Shown here: positions 28,872 through 39,689 of the stretch, piece by piece
Numbering within the stretch: the stretch's first letter is position 1
Layout: every line of letters begins with the position of its first letter
DNA from: an uncultured Candidatus Poseidoniales archaeon
GTDB lineage: Archaea > Thermoplasmatota > Poseidoniia > Poseidoniales > Poseidoniaceae
NCBI GenBank assembly: GCA_964526445.1
Contig: CAZGIY010000001.1
Span: 20,363-84,362, forward strand
Length of the DNA: 64,000 bases
Reading direction: 5' to 3'
The notes under the pieces: generated by a model
The model's input: only the letters and a program-made list of their open reading frames with translations
Told to the model about the DNA's origin: nothing
Databases searched by the model: none
Made by a program: the position numbers and the translations under genes

Positions 28872-29756
28872 CTAAGATGACCTCCCGATGAATTCGATTG
28901 AATCAGGCTCAAATTCTGCAGAGACCATACCTATTTCTTGCCCCTTCTTGAGGAATCTACGAATTGCTTCTCTTCCTTCATCTCCATAGTCAATAGTACG
29001 TTCATTGACATACATTTTAACGAATTTTTCATTTGTTTGATCATCGATACCTCGACCCCATGCCTTAGCAAATTCCAGCGCCTGCTCTGGGTTCTCAAGT
29101 GCATGTATAATACTCAATCTCGTCCAATTGGTGATGTTCTCAATCGTTTTACGACCGAGATCCTTGCGGACAATATTGCCGCCCAACGGTAATGGCAATC
29201 CATCATTATGTTCTGACCACCAAACTCCAAGATCAAGATGAACGTCAAGTTCATGCTCAACATAGGTCAATTGCCCTTCGTGGATGATAAGGCCTCCATC
29301 AACTTCTCCGGAATTGACAGCCTCGATGATCTCGTCGAATGGGATAACTTTGATTGAAACATCGCCCCAAGCCATTCGCAAACCTAGATAGGCGCTAGTC
29401 TTCAACCCAGGAACTGCAATCAATCCTCGCTTGATTTCTTCCGTCTCACTACCGCTTTTTGCTACTACCATCGGTCCATATCCCTCCCCCATACTGGCGC
29501 CACAATTCATCAGGGCATAATCTCCAGCAACCTCGGGGAACGAGTGAATACTGATTGCACTGACTTCTAGTTCTCTGTTCATCGCGCGCTGGTTCAAAGT
29601 TTCTATATCCTGTAATTCATGAACGAAGTGATAGCCTGGAGTGGATATCAATCCGGAAGTCAAAGCATGGAACATGAAAGCATCATCTGGATCGGGTGAA
29701 TGACCTATTCTTACAACCTTGAAAGATTCAGAGTTCAAGTCATTCTGTTCATCCAT
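28872..29756 (-). CDS. mqnD: 1,4-dihydroxy-6-naphthoate synthase
   Basis: GHSPDPDDAFMFHAL, DIETLN, GASMGEGYGP, IIHEGQLTY, LPLPLG, MYVN. Confidence 0.92.
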   Translation of the reverse strand: MDEQNDLNSESFKVVRIGHSPDPDDAFMFHALTSGLISTPGYHFVHELQDIETLNQRAMNRELEVSAISIHSFPEVAGDYALMNCGASMGEGYGPMVVAKSGSETEEIKRGLIAVPGLKTSAYLGLRMAWGDVSIKVIPFDEIIEAVNSGEVDGGLIIHEGQLTYVEHELDVHLDLGVWWSEHNDGLPLPLGGNIVRKDLGRKTIENITNWTRLSIIHALENPEQALEFAKAWGRGIDDQTNEKFVKMYVNERTIDYGDEGREAIRRFLKKGQEIGMVSAEFEPDSIEFIGRSS

Positions 29757-29907
29757 GATGCGCCGAAATGGGGCCCTCATTTCAAGATAGTTAGATGTCG
29801 ATAAGAATTGATTTGACTAAATCTGATAATCATGATAATCGCTGATTTTTGCTGTGTGCCGACAAAGATTCTATTTCAGATGGGGTGATGCAGCAGCGAG
29901 GATAGTC

Positions 29908-32418
29908 ATGCGGGTACGCGGTGGGCCACTTGTCGCTTTACTGCTAACTTCGCTTTCAGTTATTGCACTTGCACAAGCTGCAACACCTAGTGGCATGGGA
30001 TTTGTTGGTGCGCATACAGTGGTTAGGGAAAGTTTCGATGAAACGCATAGCGTTGCCCTTTCTCCAGACGCCTCCCTTATTGCCACAGGGACTGAAGGAT
30101 ATGTTATTATTTCGCGCATATCCGATCGTTCTATAGTTGAAAGAATATCAGTAGGGGACCAAGTAACTGCTCTAGAATTCTCTCCCGATGGAGAATATCT
30201 CGCTTTGGGGCTTAGGTCTGATGCCCTTTCGGGGGATGCACTTAAAGTGCTATTCACTGATGATTGGAGGGAGTACGAAAAGACATTTGCTAATGGTAAA
30301 AATCCCAGTGACATTTCATTCTCTGATGCGGGAGATAAGATACTTCTTCAGGGTCAGGACAAAGATGTGTTCGAGTTGTCATTCCCCGAATTTTCCATAT
30401 TGGGTCACATGACGGGGCACCATTTGGATGATATTACGTGTACAGATTATGGATATGGGGGATTGATAGCAGTATCTGGTGGATTGGATGGTAAAATCGC
30501 TTTCTGGGATCTTTCAGATCATTCACTTTCCTCATCAATTGAGTTCGAGGATTCTGAAATTGTTGATTGTTTATTCAATCCATCATCTTCTCAAGTTGCC
30601 ATCTTGACAGATGACGGAAAAGTTAGATCATATTGGTTGAACGGGACTTTGGTTGAAGGCTCAGAACTCGATTTCCTACAAGCTAAGGAGCTCAAGTGGA
30701 GCCTTAATGGAAACCATCTATATGTATTGGAAACCAATATTTTGCCTTCTTTGCAGCGTGTGAGAGTGAATGATTGGATAGTCGATGAGTTCACTTACAT
30801 AGGTCACAATGTGAATGGATTTGATTTATCGGATGATGAAGAGACATTAGTGATTAGTACTGGAACTGTACATACGAGTGTATATCAGTCGACGTACTTC
30901 CAGCAAGGTTTTGGTGAGCCGGGAGATGATTTTGATCAAGATGGAGTGCCAGACGTAATCGATGTTGATGATGATGGTGATGGAATTTTGGATATTTACG
31001 ACCTCAACTGTTCTAGTTCAGATTGTACCAAGGACCCACATCCCAATTATATGCGAAATATTGAGTTTCAAGTATCTGATGAGGAGTTAATCATAAGCGA
31101 TAGCATATCATTCAATAGATCCGATTCTAATGCATTGAGAAATTTGACTACAAGTCTACTTTCTGATGATAACAAAATTAGTGTCGACGAATTAACTTGG
31201 ATGTCAACTGCCATGTGCGATAATATTAGACATAGGGATGTTATTGATCAATGGCATTCAATGATTGAGGTTGAGGGTTCACAATTGAGCAATGGAACAC
31301 TATCCTGTGAACCCGTATCTGGAATTTCTTCCAATGATTTCAGCGATTTTAGTCATAGGGCAACTCTTACTTGGATTACAACATTTGATTTATCGAGTGC
31401 TCCAATTGCGCCCTACAATATTACAGTAAAGGGAATTATCCTTGCTCCTACTGGCTCTTCCGCAATCATTGCCCCACAGTTCCCGGCTTCAATCGATTTT
31501 GCCGATTTGAATTCAGAAAATAATCGAATTGACTTGTGGAATCGGAACGAAACGATTAGAATTGTCTTGATGGAAGAATTGGAGGAAGAAGGACCTGGAT
31601 TGACTGGCTTAGTAGCGTCGTTCATTTCAGACAATTTTTGGATTCCAATAAGCAGTTTCCTTGGAATCTTTATTGGTATCGGATTGATTATCAAGCAAAA
31701 CAAGGACATTTCTAATGCATTGATTCGTGGGGGTAGAGAGGAAGATGAAGAGGGGGAAGATGAAGAGGATGATTATGATGAATCATTCAATGACTCAAAT
31801 CTATATGAATCTGAACATTACGAGGAGTCCGATTCCGCTGACGACGAGTCAACATGGAGTAACGAATCAGAGTCTATGCCTCCTCGGCCAAAACGGCGCC
31901 CTCCTCGAAAATCTACGAGAAGAGTAGCACATGAAGAGTATCCTATCGGTGATTCTACTCCTGTCAAGGCTAGGAGAAAGCGCGTTAGTAGTAAACAACC
32001 AATTGGTTCTAAGCGACACACTCTTTCTGAATCTGTAGAATTGGATTATGATTATGGCCAAGACGGAGTATATCATGATGGTGATTGGGATACAGAGTAT
32101 GACATTTACGAACAGCCCCAGACCAAAGTACGCAAAGTGCGTAAAGTGGAAAGCGTTCCTGAACTTGAAGCGGAAGAATCCAAGCCGGAGCAAAAGAAAG
32201 GAAGAAGGAAGGTTAAGAGGCGCAATAACGAGAAAGGAAAAGCCTCCAGTAAAGCAGTGGATGATGATTCCATCGTTGCAAAGAAAGTTGTTACGTCCAA
32301 GAAACGCAGTTCAGGGTCAAAGAAAACTCAAGATGATGGAGGCAAAGTCTCGTCTGATGATGAAGATTCAGCAATGGACAAAGCATTGGGTATGTTAACG
32401 GGTGATTCCAAGGATTGA
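29908..32418 (+). CDS. Single-pass WD40 beta-propeller surface protein with Asp-rich Ca-binding motif and charged tail
   Basis: Signal peptide, FSPDG and GGLDGKIAFWD repeats, DFDQDGVPDVIDVDDDGDGILD, TM FWIPISSFLGIFIGIGLII. Confidence 0.8.
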   Translation: MRVRGGPLVALLLTSLSVIALAQAATPSGMGFVGAHTVVRESFDETHSVALSPDASLIATGTEGYVIISRISDRSIVERISVGDQVTALEFSPDGEYLALGLRSDALSGDALKVLFTDDWREYEKTFANGKNPSDISFSDAGDKILLQGQDKDVFELSFPEFSILGHMTGHHLDDITCTDYGYGGLIAVSGGLDGKIAFWDLSDHSLSSSIEFEDSEIVDCLFNPSSSQVAILTDDGKVRSYWLNGTLVEGSELDFLQAKELKWSLNGNHLYVLETNILPSLQRVRVNDWIVDEFTYIGHNVNGFDLSDDEETLVISTGTVHTSVYQSTYFQQGFGEPGDDFDQDGVPDVIDVDDDGDGILDIYDLNCSSSDCTKDPHPNYMRNIEFQVSDEELIISDSISFNRSDSNALRNLTTSLLSDDNKISVDELTWMSTAMCDNIRHRDVIDQWHSMIEVEGSQLSNGTLSCEPVSGISSNDFSDFSHRATLTWITTFDLSSAPIAPYNITVKGIILAPTGSSAIIAPQFPASIDFADLNSENNRIDLWNRNETIRIVLMEELEEEGPGLTGLVASFISDNFWIPISSFLGIFIGIGLIIKQNKDISNALIRGGREEDEEGEDEEDDYDESFNDSNLYESEHYEESDSADDESTWSNESESMPPRPKRRPPRKSTRRVAHEEYPIGDSTPVKARRKRVSSKQPIGSKRHTLSESVELDYDYGQDGVYHDGDWDTEYDIYEQPQTKVRKVRKVESVPELEAEESKPEQKKGRRKVKRRNNEKGKASSKAVDDDSIVAKKVVTSKKRSSGSKKTQDDGGKVSSDDEDSAMDKALGMLTGDSKD

Positions 32419-33218
32419 TTCATTTGATCGCTCAACTTGAAATCATCAATCTCTAGAACTTCAGAAATGAACATTTCTAGTCCTGCTTCCACTTCACTGT
32501 CGAAATCATAGAGAACTTCTTCAAAATATCTTCTGATACGATCCTCATTGAATCCACTTCTGGCTGAACACAGGGAAACAACTTCCTCCTTGACTTCGGG
32601 GCTTCGGAATGAATTGAGGGAATTCTGTAATTCCGCATACGCATCACTGACAATATCCGGAGGGGCATCTCGATGGGTAGCAAAAACAGCAAACACCATT
32701 GGCAAACCAGTAACATCCTTCCATTCCATACCAAGATCCATACGAACGAGGTCAGGCCTTCTTTGAGCTTCATGTAATGCTCTATCTCCAATCAGCAAGG
32801 CTCCGTCGCATCTCTCCAACATACTTTCCAGATCGGGCCCCATTTCCACAGGTCGCGGATCATGTCCGCGCTTCTTCAGAAGATACATCAATAATCGTCT
32901 TGAGGTTGCAGAATCGGTAGGTAATGCAACATCTCTCATATCGTCAATTTCTCTTTCACCAAATAATAGCACACTCCCAACACTTCCGTCAGATATGATA
33001 CCCATTCCTGGCACTAAGGATAATTCATTTCTGTTCAATGCCCAGTCCGCAGCAGGAATAGGGGCAATCAGGCAGTCCTTTCTGAGTAGGTGTCCAGTCA
33101 ACCAAGCAGGTGGGGCAGCGAGAATCTTCCACTTGTCTGAGATTTGGTGATATAGTGGGTCACAATTGAGGAATGCGACTCTTCCCAATGTACGCTGCCA
33201 TGTCGATGTATTTTCCAT
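32328..33218 (-). CDS. mqnA: Chorismate dehydratase
   Basis: LGRVAFLNCDPL, GSVGSVLL, SATS, LLIGDRAL, TGLPMVFAV. Confidence 0.9.
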   Translation of the reverse strand: MENTSTWQRTLGRVAFLNCDPLYHQISDKWKILAAPPAWLTGHLLRKDCLIAPIPAADWALNRNELSLVPGMGIISDGSVGSVLLFGEREIDDMRDVALPTDSATSRRLLMYLLKKRGHDPRPVEMGPDLESMLERCDGALLIGDRALHEAQRRPDLVRMDLGMEWKDVTGLPMVFAVFATHRDAPPDIVSDAYAELQNSLNSFRSPEVKEEVVSLCSARSGFNEDRIRRYFEEVLYDFDSEVEAGLEMFISEVLEIDDFKLSDQMNQSLESPVNIPNALSIAESSSSDETLPPSS

Positions 33219-33227
33219 TATATCACC

Positions 33228-34418
33228 TCACTTAACCATCGGCAGGGATTTTCTCCGCGAAACTCGGTCAGCAACGACTCGTTCGAACTTATTGTAAACA
33301 GTATTTCTGCGAACTGCATCGCATCCAGATCTCTCAATGAGCCTACACATGTCATCAATTCCATGATCTAGCGGGGCCGTTGATCCAGCGAGGTGCATTA
33401 TTGATTCTTGAAGTACGGTTCCGTCCACATCATCGGCTCCACAAGAAATCGCTATCTCTGTCAAGGCATCCCCAATATTCATTCTATATGCCTTGATGTG
33501 TGGAATATTGTCCAACATCAAACGGCTTATTGCAATCATGCGTAATATCTCGTTAGCGCTGGCCAATTGGGCTTCGGGTAGCCTGGTTGAGTCTGGAAGG
33601 AATGGATAGGGTACGAAGCATTGGAAACCATTGGTCTCATCTTGTAGTTCTCTAAGTTTGAGCAGGTGTTCAATACGCTGCTCGGGAGTCTCAACAGTGC
33701 CGAACAACATGGTGCAATTTGTAGGAATGCTAAGATTGTGTGCACTTCTGTGAATGTCCAAGTATTCTCTACTGCTCTCTTTACCCCTGCAAATCTTCTC
33801 TCTAACTGAATCCACTAAGATCTCTGCACCACCTCCTGGAATACTTCCTAATCCCGCTTCGGACAACATTTCCAAGGTGTCACTGATACTGATATTCGAC
33901 AGAGAGGAAATGTGCTTGATTTCAACCGCAGTCAGGGCCTTGATATGGAGTTCTGGATACCTTTGTTTCGTCCTTCGGAATAATTCACAATAATGTCCAA
34001 CATCCCAGTCAGGATGTAATCCTCCTACCGAATGAACTTCGTCTATTATCTCAGAATATGGTTCGATCATTGAAATGTATTTCTCTATATCCATGGCATA
34101 TGCATCTGTTGCTCTTCTTCCGCGCCTAAAAGCACAGAACTTACAAGCAAGAACACAGATATTTGTTTGATTAACGTGAATATTCAGATTGAAATGGATG
34201 TCCTTTCCAAATCTTGCCCGCTTGCAAATATCTGCCATAGACAAGATGCTTCCAAGATCTTCATGAAGTAATAGTGCGAGTCCATCTTGACCTGTTATTC
34301 TTCCATCAGTAATCAAACGGTCTCGGATATCTTCAAGCACCTCATCCAGCCCATTTAGGGCGAGTAAACCGTTGCTTTGGGATCTCATCCAGTCCGAGTT
34401 GAAACCAGGTTGGCGCAT
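33228..34418 (-). CDS. mqnE: Aminofutalosine synthase (radical SAM)
   Basis: TNICVLACKFCAF, VGGLHP, KALTAVEI, PGGGAEI, RLMLDNIPHIKAY; next to mqnA. Confidence 0.85.
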   Translation of the reverse strand: MRQPGFNSDWMRSQSNGLLALNGLDEVLEDIRDRLITDGRITGQDGLALLLHEDLGSILSMADICKRARFGKDIHFNLNIHVNQTNICVLACKFCAFRRGRRATDAYAMDIEKYISMIEPYSEIIDEVHSVGGLHPDWDVGHYCELFRRTKQRYPELHIKALTAVEIKHISSLSNISISDTLEMLSEAGLGSIPGGGAEILVDSVREKICRGKESSREYLDIHRSAHNLSIPTNCTMLFGTVETPEQRIEHLLKLRELQDETNGFQCFVPYPFLPDSTRLPEAQLASANEILRMIAISRLMLDNIPHIKAYRMNIGDALTEIAISCGADDVDGTVLQESIMHLAGSTAPLDHGIDDMCRLIERSGCDAVRRNTVYNKFERVVADRVSRRKSLPMVK

Positions 34419-34470
34419 GCAATCCCAACCCCTCGTCATGGACATCAAGAATGAATGCTTGTATTGCCCT

Positions 34471-37404
34471 TCATCGCTTGAAGGAAGGGGTGTTGCCAAG
34501 TTTGGTCTTGAGTACACCCTCTCTGAGCATTATCTTACGGAACTCTTCTATCCATAAGACAGAGGAGGAAATCAACAATAACACTAGCCAAGTAGTCCAG
34601 TTGAGGAATTTGGTCGATAATAACTCTCCAATCATCAAATCAGAGAATGGTAAGGTGAATGTTGAATTTTGAACTACAAATAACAACAATGCAGAACATC
34701 CAATCAATGAATAATTGATCGCCCGATTGCTGAATAATCCTAGTTTGAATACACTGTCAGTAACACTCCTGCAATTGAGGATGTTAAAGAATTGGAAGAG
34801 AGTAAATACGGCAAATGCAGCAGTCCTCGCAACTTCGAATCTTTCTTCAGCCCAATTTGTCCAAGCCTCTTCATCGCACAGCCCTTCTTCAGAAGCAGCC
34901 AATTTTCCATCGAAGTAGATATTTCCATTATCGAAAGTACCCATAGTACAATGATTTTGAGCCTTTACTGATCCATCAGCAATGTAGAACACGGTTAACG
35001 TTCCAACAACCATTATCGAAGCAGTCCAAAATATCAAAGCCATATCGATGAGATTTGGCAATCCTTCATTGACAGGCTTTGGTGGAACACTCATAACGCT
35101 TCCATGCTTCTTTTCTACGCCTAGGGCAACTGCAGGTGGTCCATCCATCAGGATATTGATGACAAGTATCTGAGTTGCAGTAAATGGCAGGTCCCATCCA
35201 AATACGAAAGTGGAAATTATGATGATAGCAACTGCAGCTACATTGGTGGAAATCTGATATCTTACGAAGTTACGTATGTTCTGGTAAATCTTCCTTCCCT
35301 CTTCTACAGCATGGACAATGTTGGCAAAGTTATCATCCTGTAGAACCATGTCAGCAGCGTCTTTCGCCACATCAGTACCTGCCATACCCATCGCAATTCC
35401 AATGTTGGCTTTCGATAAAGCAGGAGCATCATTGACTCCATCACCAGTCATGGCGACCACTTCTCCGCGTACCTGTAAAGCACTGACAATACGCATCTTT
35501 TGGTCAGGAGTTACTCGATGATATACATCGGTTTGACCCGCCTTATCGATTAATTCATCATCACTCATCTCAGAAAGTGCATAGCCACTCAAGGATTCAG
35601 AATGTTTACCTGCGATATCCAGATTTTGTCCTATTGCTAGTGCTGTAATCTCTTGATCACCTGTAATCATCTTCACGCCAATACCTGCGGCTTTGCAGAT
35701 TTTGATAGCATCCTTGACCTCGGCACGAGGAGGATCCATGATGGCAACCAAGCCAAAGAGTATCAGATTATTTTCCATGCTTGCCATGTCGGTGGTATCT
35801 TCCCCTTTCTCAACTCTGCGCCCGCATAAAGCAAGAACTCTCATCGCCTGGGCTGCCATTTCTCGATTGGCATTTAGCACCGAATCGATGTCCCCTTGTT
35901 TGATTGGCTTCTCTTGATTATTTACGACGATCTTTTTGACTAGGTCCCTGTAGCCGCCTGCAGCACCTTTGGACAATACCCAAGTTTCACCATCAATCTC
36001 TGTTATCGTGCTCATTCTCTTTCTTTCTGCATCAAAGAAGAATTCAAATGAACGTGGAAACATTTCACCTAGATTTTCTATATCTCCATGAACTTTCCAA
36101 CCAAACACAGCACACGCGGAGTCTGTAGGGTCTCCGATGGCCTCCCATGCTCCATCGAATTTGTGCACTGTACTGTTGTGGCACAGAGCGGCGCACAAAC
36201 TGCCCATTCTGAAAGCAGGGTTTTCCATCATTTGTTCTAACCCTTCAGATGATAATCGCTCACCCTTAGAAACAACTCCTCCTGCTGTCGGGTCAAAACC
36301 TTCACCAGAAACATCGTATTCTTCATCTGGCGTCCAGAATTTTCTGACAGTCATCTGGTTCTTGGTCAAAGTTCCCGTTTTATCAGTACAGATGACGGTG
36401 GTAGAGCCTAAGGTTTCGACTGCCTTCATTCTTCGAACGATAGCCTTGTGTCGAGCCATGTTTCGCATACCTAGCGCCAAAGTAATGACTAGAATGATTG
36501 GCAAACCTTCAGGAACGATAGCAACAAAGATTGCTATGGCTACAATGAATTGATCGATTGCAACCTCAAGTAGACTCCGGCCATCGGGTTGAAGATATGC
36601 TACTACTAATTCCAATGAAACCAGAAGTACTGCTACAAATAATGCGATGAATCCCAAGAAACGACCGAGGGATTCGAGTTTAATTTCAAGGGGCGTCTTT
36701 GGTGTTTCAGCATCGGCAATCCCACTTGCGATGTGACCCAATTCGGTCTTCATCCCTGTAGTAACAACTATTCCAACGGCTCTGCCACTAGATGCAACAG
36801 TTCCCATGAAAGCCATATTTGATTGTTCGGCCAAAATACGTTTACCTTGAATTGATGTCGTCTTTTTGGTTACAGTATCGGACTCTCCAGTCAATGCCGA
36901 CTCGTTGATTTTGAATTGGTAGACTTCGGTCAATCTGACATCTGCAGGGATGTTGTGTCCTTCCTCCATTTTGACAATATCACCGGGAACAAGTTCGAAT
37001 GTGGGTATCTCGAGTTCCCTACCTTCTCTTTCAACAATACAGTTACTTACTGCCATTTGTTTCAGAGCATCCATCGCCTGCTCTGCTTGGTTTTCTTGCC
37101 AATATCCGAAAACTGCGTTGATGGTCAATACCAAGCAGATGAAAATCGCATCTCCAGGCTGCTCAAAACTATGAATTACCAAGGATATGACTGCTGCTCC
37201 CATTAGTAGGAATATCAACGGATCGTTGAATTGAGACAGTAGACGTAGCCACCATGCATCTCTTTCAGGTTCATCGAGTTTATTCGGACCATATTCTTCG
37301 AGTCTTTTTCCCGCTTCTTCGTCGCTCAAACCTTCTGGAGCGGTAGATAATTTAGCATAGACTTCATCTTGCTTCATGGCAAACCAATCTCTATCTGCAG
37401 TCAT
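34471..37404 (-). CDS. P-type ATPase, P2A (Ca2+-type)
   Basis: LTGES, VPEGLP, DKTGTLT, KGA, DPPR, TGDGVNDAPAL, NILMDGPPA. Confidence 0.93.
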   Translation of the reverse strand: MTADRDWFAMKQDEVYAKLSTAPEGLSDEEAGKRLEEYGPNKLDEPERDAWWLRLLSQFNDPLIFLLMGAAVISLVIHSFEQPGDAIFICLVLTINAVFGYWQENQAEQAMDALKQMAVSNCIVEREGRELEIPTFELVPGDIVKMEEGHNIPADVRLTEVYQFKINESALTGESDTVTKKTTSIQGKRILAEQSNMAFMGTVASSGRAVGIVVTTGMKTELGHIASGIADAETPKTPLEIKLESLGRFLGFIALFVAVLLVSLELVVAYLQPDGRSLLEVAIDQFIVAIAIFVAIVPEGLPIILVITLALGMRNMARHKAIVRRMKAVETLGSTTVICTDKTGTLTKNQMTVRKFWTPDEEYDVSGEGFDPTAGGVVSKGERLSSEGLEQMMENPAFRMGSLCAALCHNSTVHKFDGAWEAIGDPTDSACAVFGWKVHGDIENLGEMFPRSFEFFFDAERKRMSTITEIDGETWVLSKGAAGGYRDLVKKIVVNNQEKPIKQGDIDSVLNANREMAAQAMRVLALCGRRVEKGEDTTDMASMENNLILFGLVAIMDPPRAEVKDAIKICKAAGIGVKMITGDQEITALAIGQNLDIAGKHSESLSGYALSEMSDDELIDKAGQTDVYHRVTPDQKMRIVSALQVRGEVVAMTGDGVNDAPALSKANIGIAMGMAGTDVAKDAADMVLQDDNFANIVHAVEEGRKIYQNIRNFVRYQISTNVAAVAIIIISTFVFGWDLPFTATQILVINILMDGPPAVALGVEKKHGSVMSVPPKPVNEGLPNLIDMALIFWTASIMVVGTLTVFYIADGSVKAQNHCTMGTFDNGNIYFDGKLAASEEGLCDEEAWTNWAEERFEVARTAAFAVFTLFQFFNILNCRSVTDSVFKLGLFSNRAINYSLIGCSALLLFVVQNSTFTLPFSDLMIGELLSTKFLNWTTWLVLLLISSSVLWIEEFRKIMLREGVLKTKLGNTPSFKR

Positions 37405-37537
37405 TGGAACACCACCATGTCCACTACCGGCTACAGGAAAGTCATAAGCATGCCTGAAGAGAATCCAAACACTTTGTCAATTCAGCTGTAGTGTCAACTT
37501 GCGAATAATTGAGAAGCAATGCCACTTCGCAGAACAC

Positions 37538-39619
37538 ATGTCTGGGGACACTCCGTATGTGCCCGCAGAAAAGGAACTACCTGAGTTAACCACGAGGGTC
37601 ATAATCATTGGAATCCTTTTGGGCACGGTCATGACGGCTGCTAACGCCTATCTTGGAATGCTAGTGGGGATGACAGTTAGTGCATCGATACCCGCTGCTG
37701 TCATGTCGATGCTTATTCTGCGTGGATTGAAATTCAAGGATGTCTCAATATTGGAGAATAATTCTGTACAAACCATGGCTTCAGCAGGAGAAAGTCTTGC
37801 TGCTGGAGTGATTTTCACAGTACCTGCACTACTCGTAATGGGAATATGGTCGGATATCAATTGGGTTGATACTTTCATTATTGCATTCTTGGGAGGTGTA
37901 TTGGGAACGATGTTTACTATTGCACTTAGGCGAGTATTCATCGTTGAGGAAGCACTTCCGTATCCAGAAGGAGTTGCTTGTAGAGAAGTATTGGTTTCCG
38001 GAGAAGAAGGAGGAAGCGGGCTTATAGCAATCATTTACGCGCTGATAATTGGCGCTTTATTCGGTTGGTGCGTCAAAGGAATGCACCTAACAAAGCATAT
38101 GGTTCACAAGGCATTTGATTTTGGAAGCATGCGCGTATACGCTGGAACCGAAGTTTCCATCGCTTTGTTCTCGGTGGGGTATATCGTAGGATTGAGAATT
38201 GCTTCTTTCATATTCTTGGGCGGAGTTATCGGTTTTGGTATTCTAGTTCCCATGTATGGAATTATCAATGGTTGGCCAGCAGGAATGGATCCCACCCTTG
38301 CTTTCATGGCAATCTGGAGTGACCAAATCAGGTTTGTGGGCGTGGGTGCAATGGTTGTCGGCGGAGTCTACACACTTTGGTCGATGCGCAAAACAATCAT
38401 GACTGGATTCAAGAAGGCTCTGAACTTCAGAGAATCTGAAGGAGATGACGAGTTACTAAGAACAGAGATTGATATTGATATGCGCAAGGTAATGATCGTT
38501 TGTGCTATCATCGCATCACTCACATTCTTCTATTATTGGTGGAGAACTGGTAGTCTTGTACTCGCTTTGGTTGGAGCAGGGTTTTTGGCTGTTGCAGCGT
38601 TTTTCTTTTCTGCCGTAGCAGGATATATCGCCGGAGTAGTGGGCTCTTCCAATTCACCGGTATCGGGAATGACAATTGCCACGCTCCTATTCACTTCCAT
38701 GCTGGTTTGGATTGTTGGAGATTTGATTCTTGGAATGGAACAGGAAGACCTGATGTTTGCTACATTGATTATCGCTGCTGTAGTTGCAGTTAATGCAGCG
38801 ATAGCAGGCGATGTTATGCAGGATCTCAAGACGGGACATCTTGTAGGAGCCACTCCGTACCGTCAACAGACCGCTGAAATCATTGGCGTTATCGTAGGAG
38901 CCGTAGTCATTGGGCCAGTACTTTGGTTGTTGAATGAAGCATTCCGAATAACCAAGACACATTGTTATGACAATCCACCCAGTAGTTGGGATCCAAATTC
39001 TGGAGAGACCTTACAAAAAGCATGTGAGGGAGCCCTAACGGCACCTCAAGCTGAATTGATTGGTTCCATCATCCAAGGAATGTTCGGAGGTCAATTGAAT
39101 CTTCCAATGATTACACTTGGGGCATTGATTGCTATAATCATCATTTGGAGAAAAATGCCTGTAATGTCGGTGGCAATAGGAATTTATCTTCCCTTAGGGC
39201 TATCTGTGCCAATTGTTGTGGGCGGTCTTGTCAGTCATGTAGTAATTCGTTCTGCACATCGCAGGATTGACGGTGAATTGCTGGATGAACCTTCACCTGA
39301 GGCTAATGCCGCAGGAGAAGAGGTTGCATCAAGAGGTGTACTGTTAGGTGCAGGATTCATTGCAGGGGAATCATTGATGGGTGTATTCATAGCAATGATT
39401 ATCGTTTTGTGGGATGAACCTCACAAGTTGATTGGATTGAAGTCTTTGCCAGAATTATGGACCCTGTTGTTCTATGCTTGGTTCATTGGAATATTCATTT
39501 ATCTGGTCTCGAAATCATTGCCTAAACATGATGAGGGAGGCAATCTCCTGACTGATACAATAGATGTCATTACTAATGGAGTTCGTAAATTCATCAAGGC
39601 CTTGTTACCTCAAAGGTAG
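37538..39619 (+). CDS. OPT-family oligopeptide transporter
   Basis: ANAYLG, ILENN, LPYPEGVAC, GSSNSPVSG, MQDLKTG, APQA. Confidence 0.93.
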   Translation: MSGDTPYVPAEKELPELTTRVIIIGILLGTVMTAANAYLGMLVGMTVSASIPAAVMSMLILRGLKFKDVSILENNSVQTMASAGESLAAGVIFTVPALLVMGIWSDINWVDTFIIAFLGGVLGTMFTIALRRVFIVEEALPYPEGVACREVLVSGEEGGSGLIAIIYALIIGALFGWCVKGMHLTKHMVHKAFDFGSMRVYAGTEVSIALFSVGYIVGLRIASFIFLGGVIGFGILVPMYGIINGWPAGMDPTLAFMAIWSDQIRFVGVGAMVVGGVYTLWSMRKTIMTGFKKALNFRESEGDDELLRTEIDIDMRKVMIVCAIIASLTFFYYWWRTGSLVLALVGAGFLAVAAFFFSAVAGYIAGVVGSSNSPVSGMTIATLLFTSMLVWIVGDLILGMEQEDLMFATLIIAAVVAVNAAIAGDVMQDLKTGHLVGATPYRQQTAEIIGVIVGAVVIGPVLWLLNEAFRITKTHCYDNPPSSWDPNSGETLQKACEGALTAPQAELIGSIIQGMFGGQLNLPMITLGALIAIIIIWRKMPVMSVAIGIYLPLGLSVPIVVGGLVSHVVIRSAHRRIDGELLDEPSPEANAAGEEVASRGVLLGAGFIAGESLMGVFIAMIIVLWDEPHKLIGLKSLPELWTLLFYAWFIGIFIYLVSKSLPKHDEGGNLLTDTIDVITNGVRKFIKALLPQR

Positions 39620-39689
39620 GTAAACTCGAGATTCGCTTTGATGTCAATGTTGAAAGGCCCTATGGTAAACCATCCATTGAGGCGAGTAG

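Noticed and set aside
33228..34418. CofH or MqnC assignment
   Set aside because: KALTAVEI and DNIPHIKAY motifs plus mqnA adjacency favour MqnE; not confirmed by search
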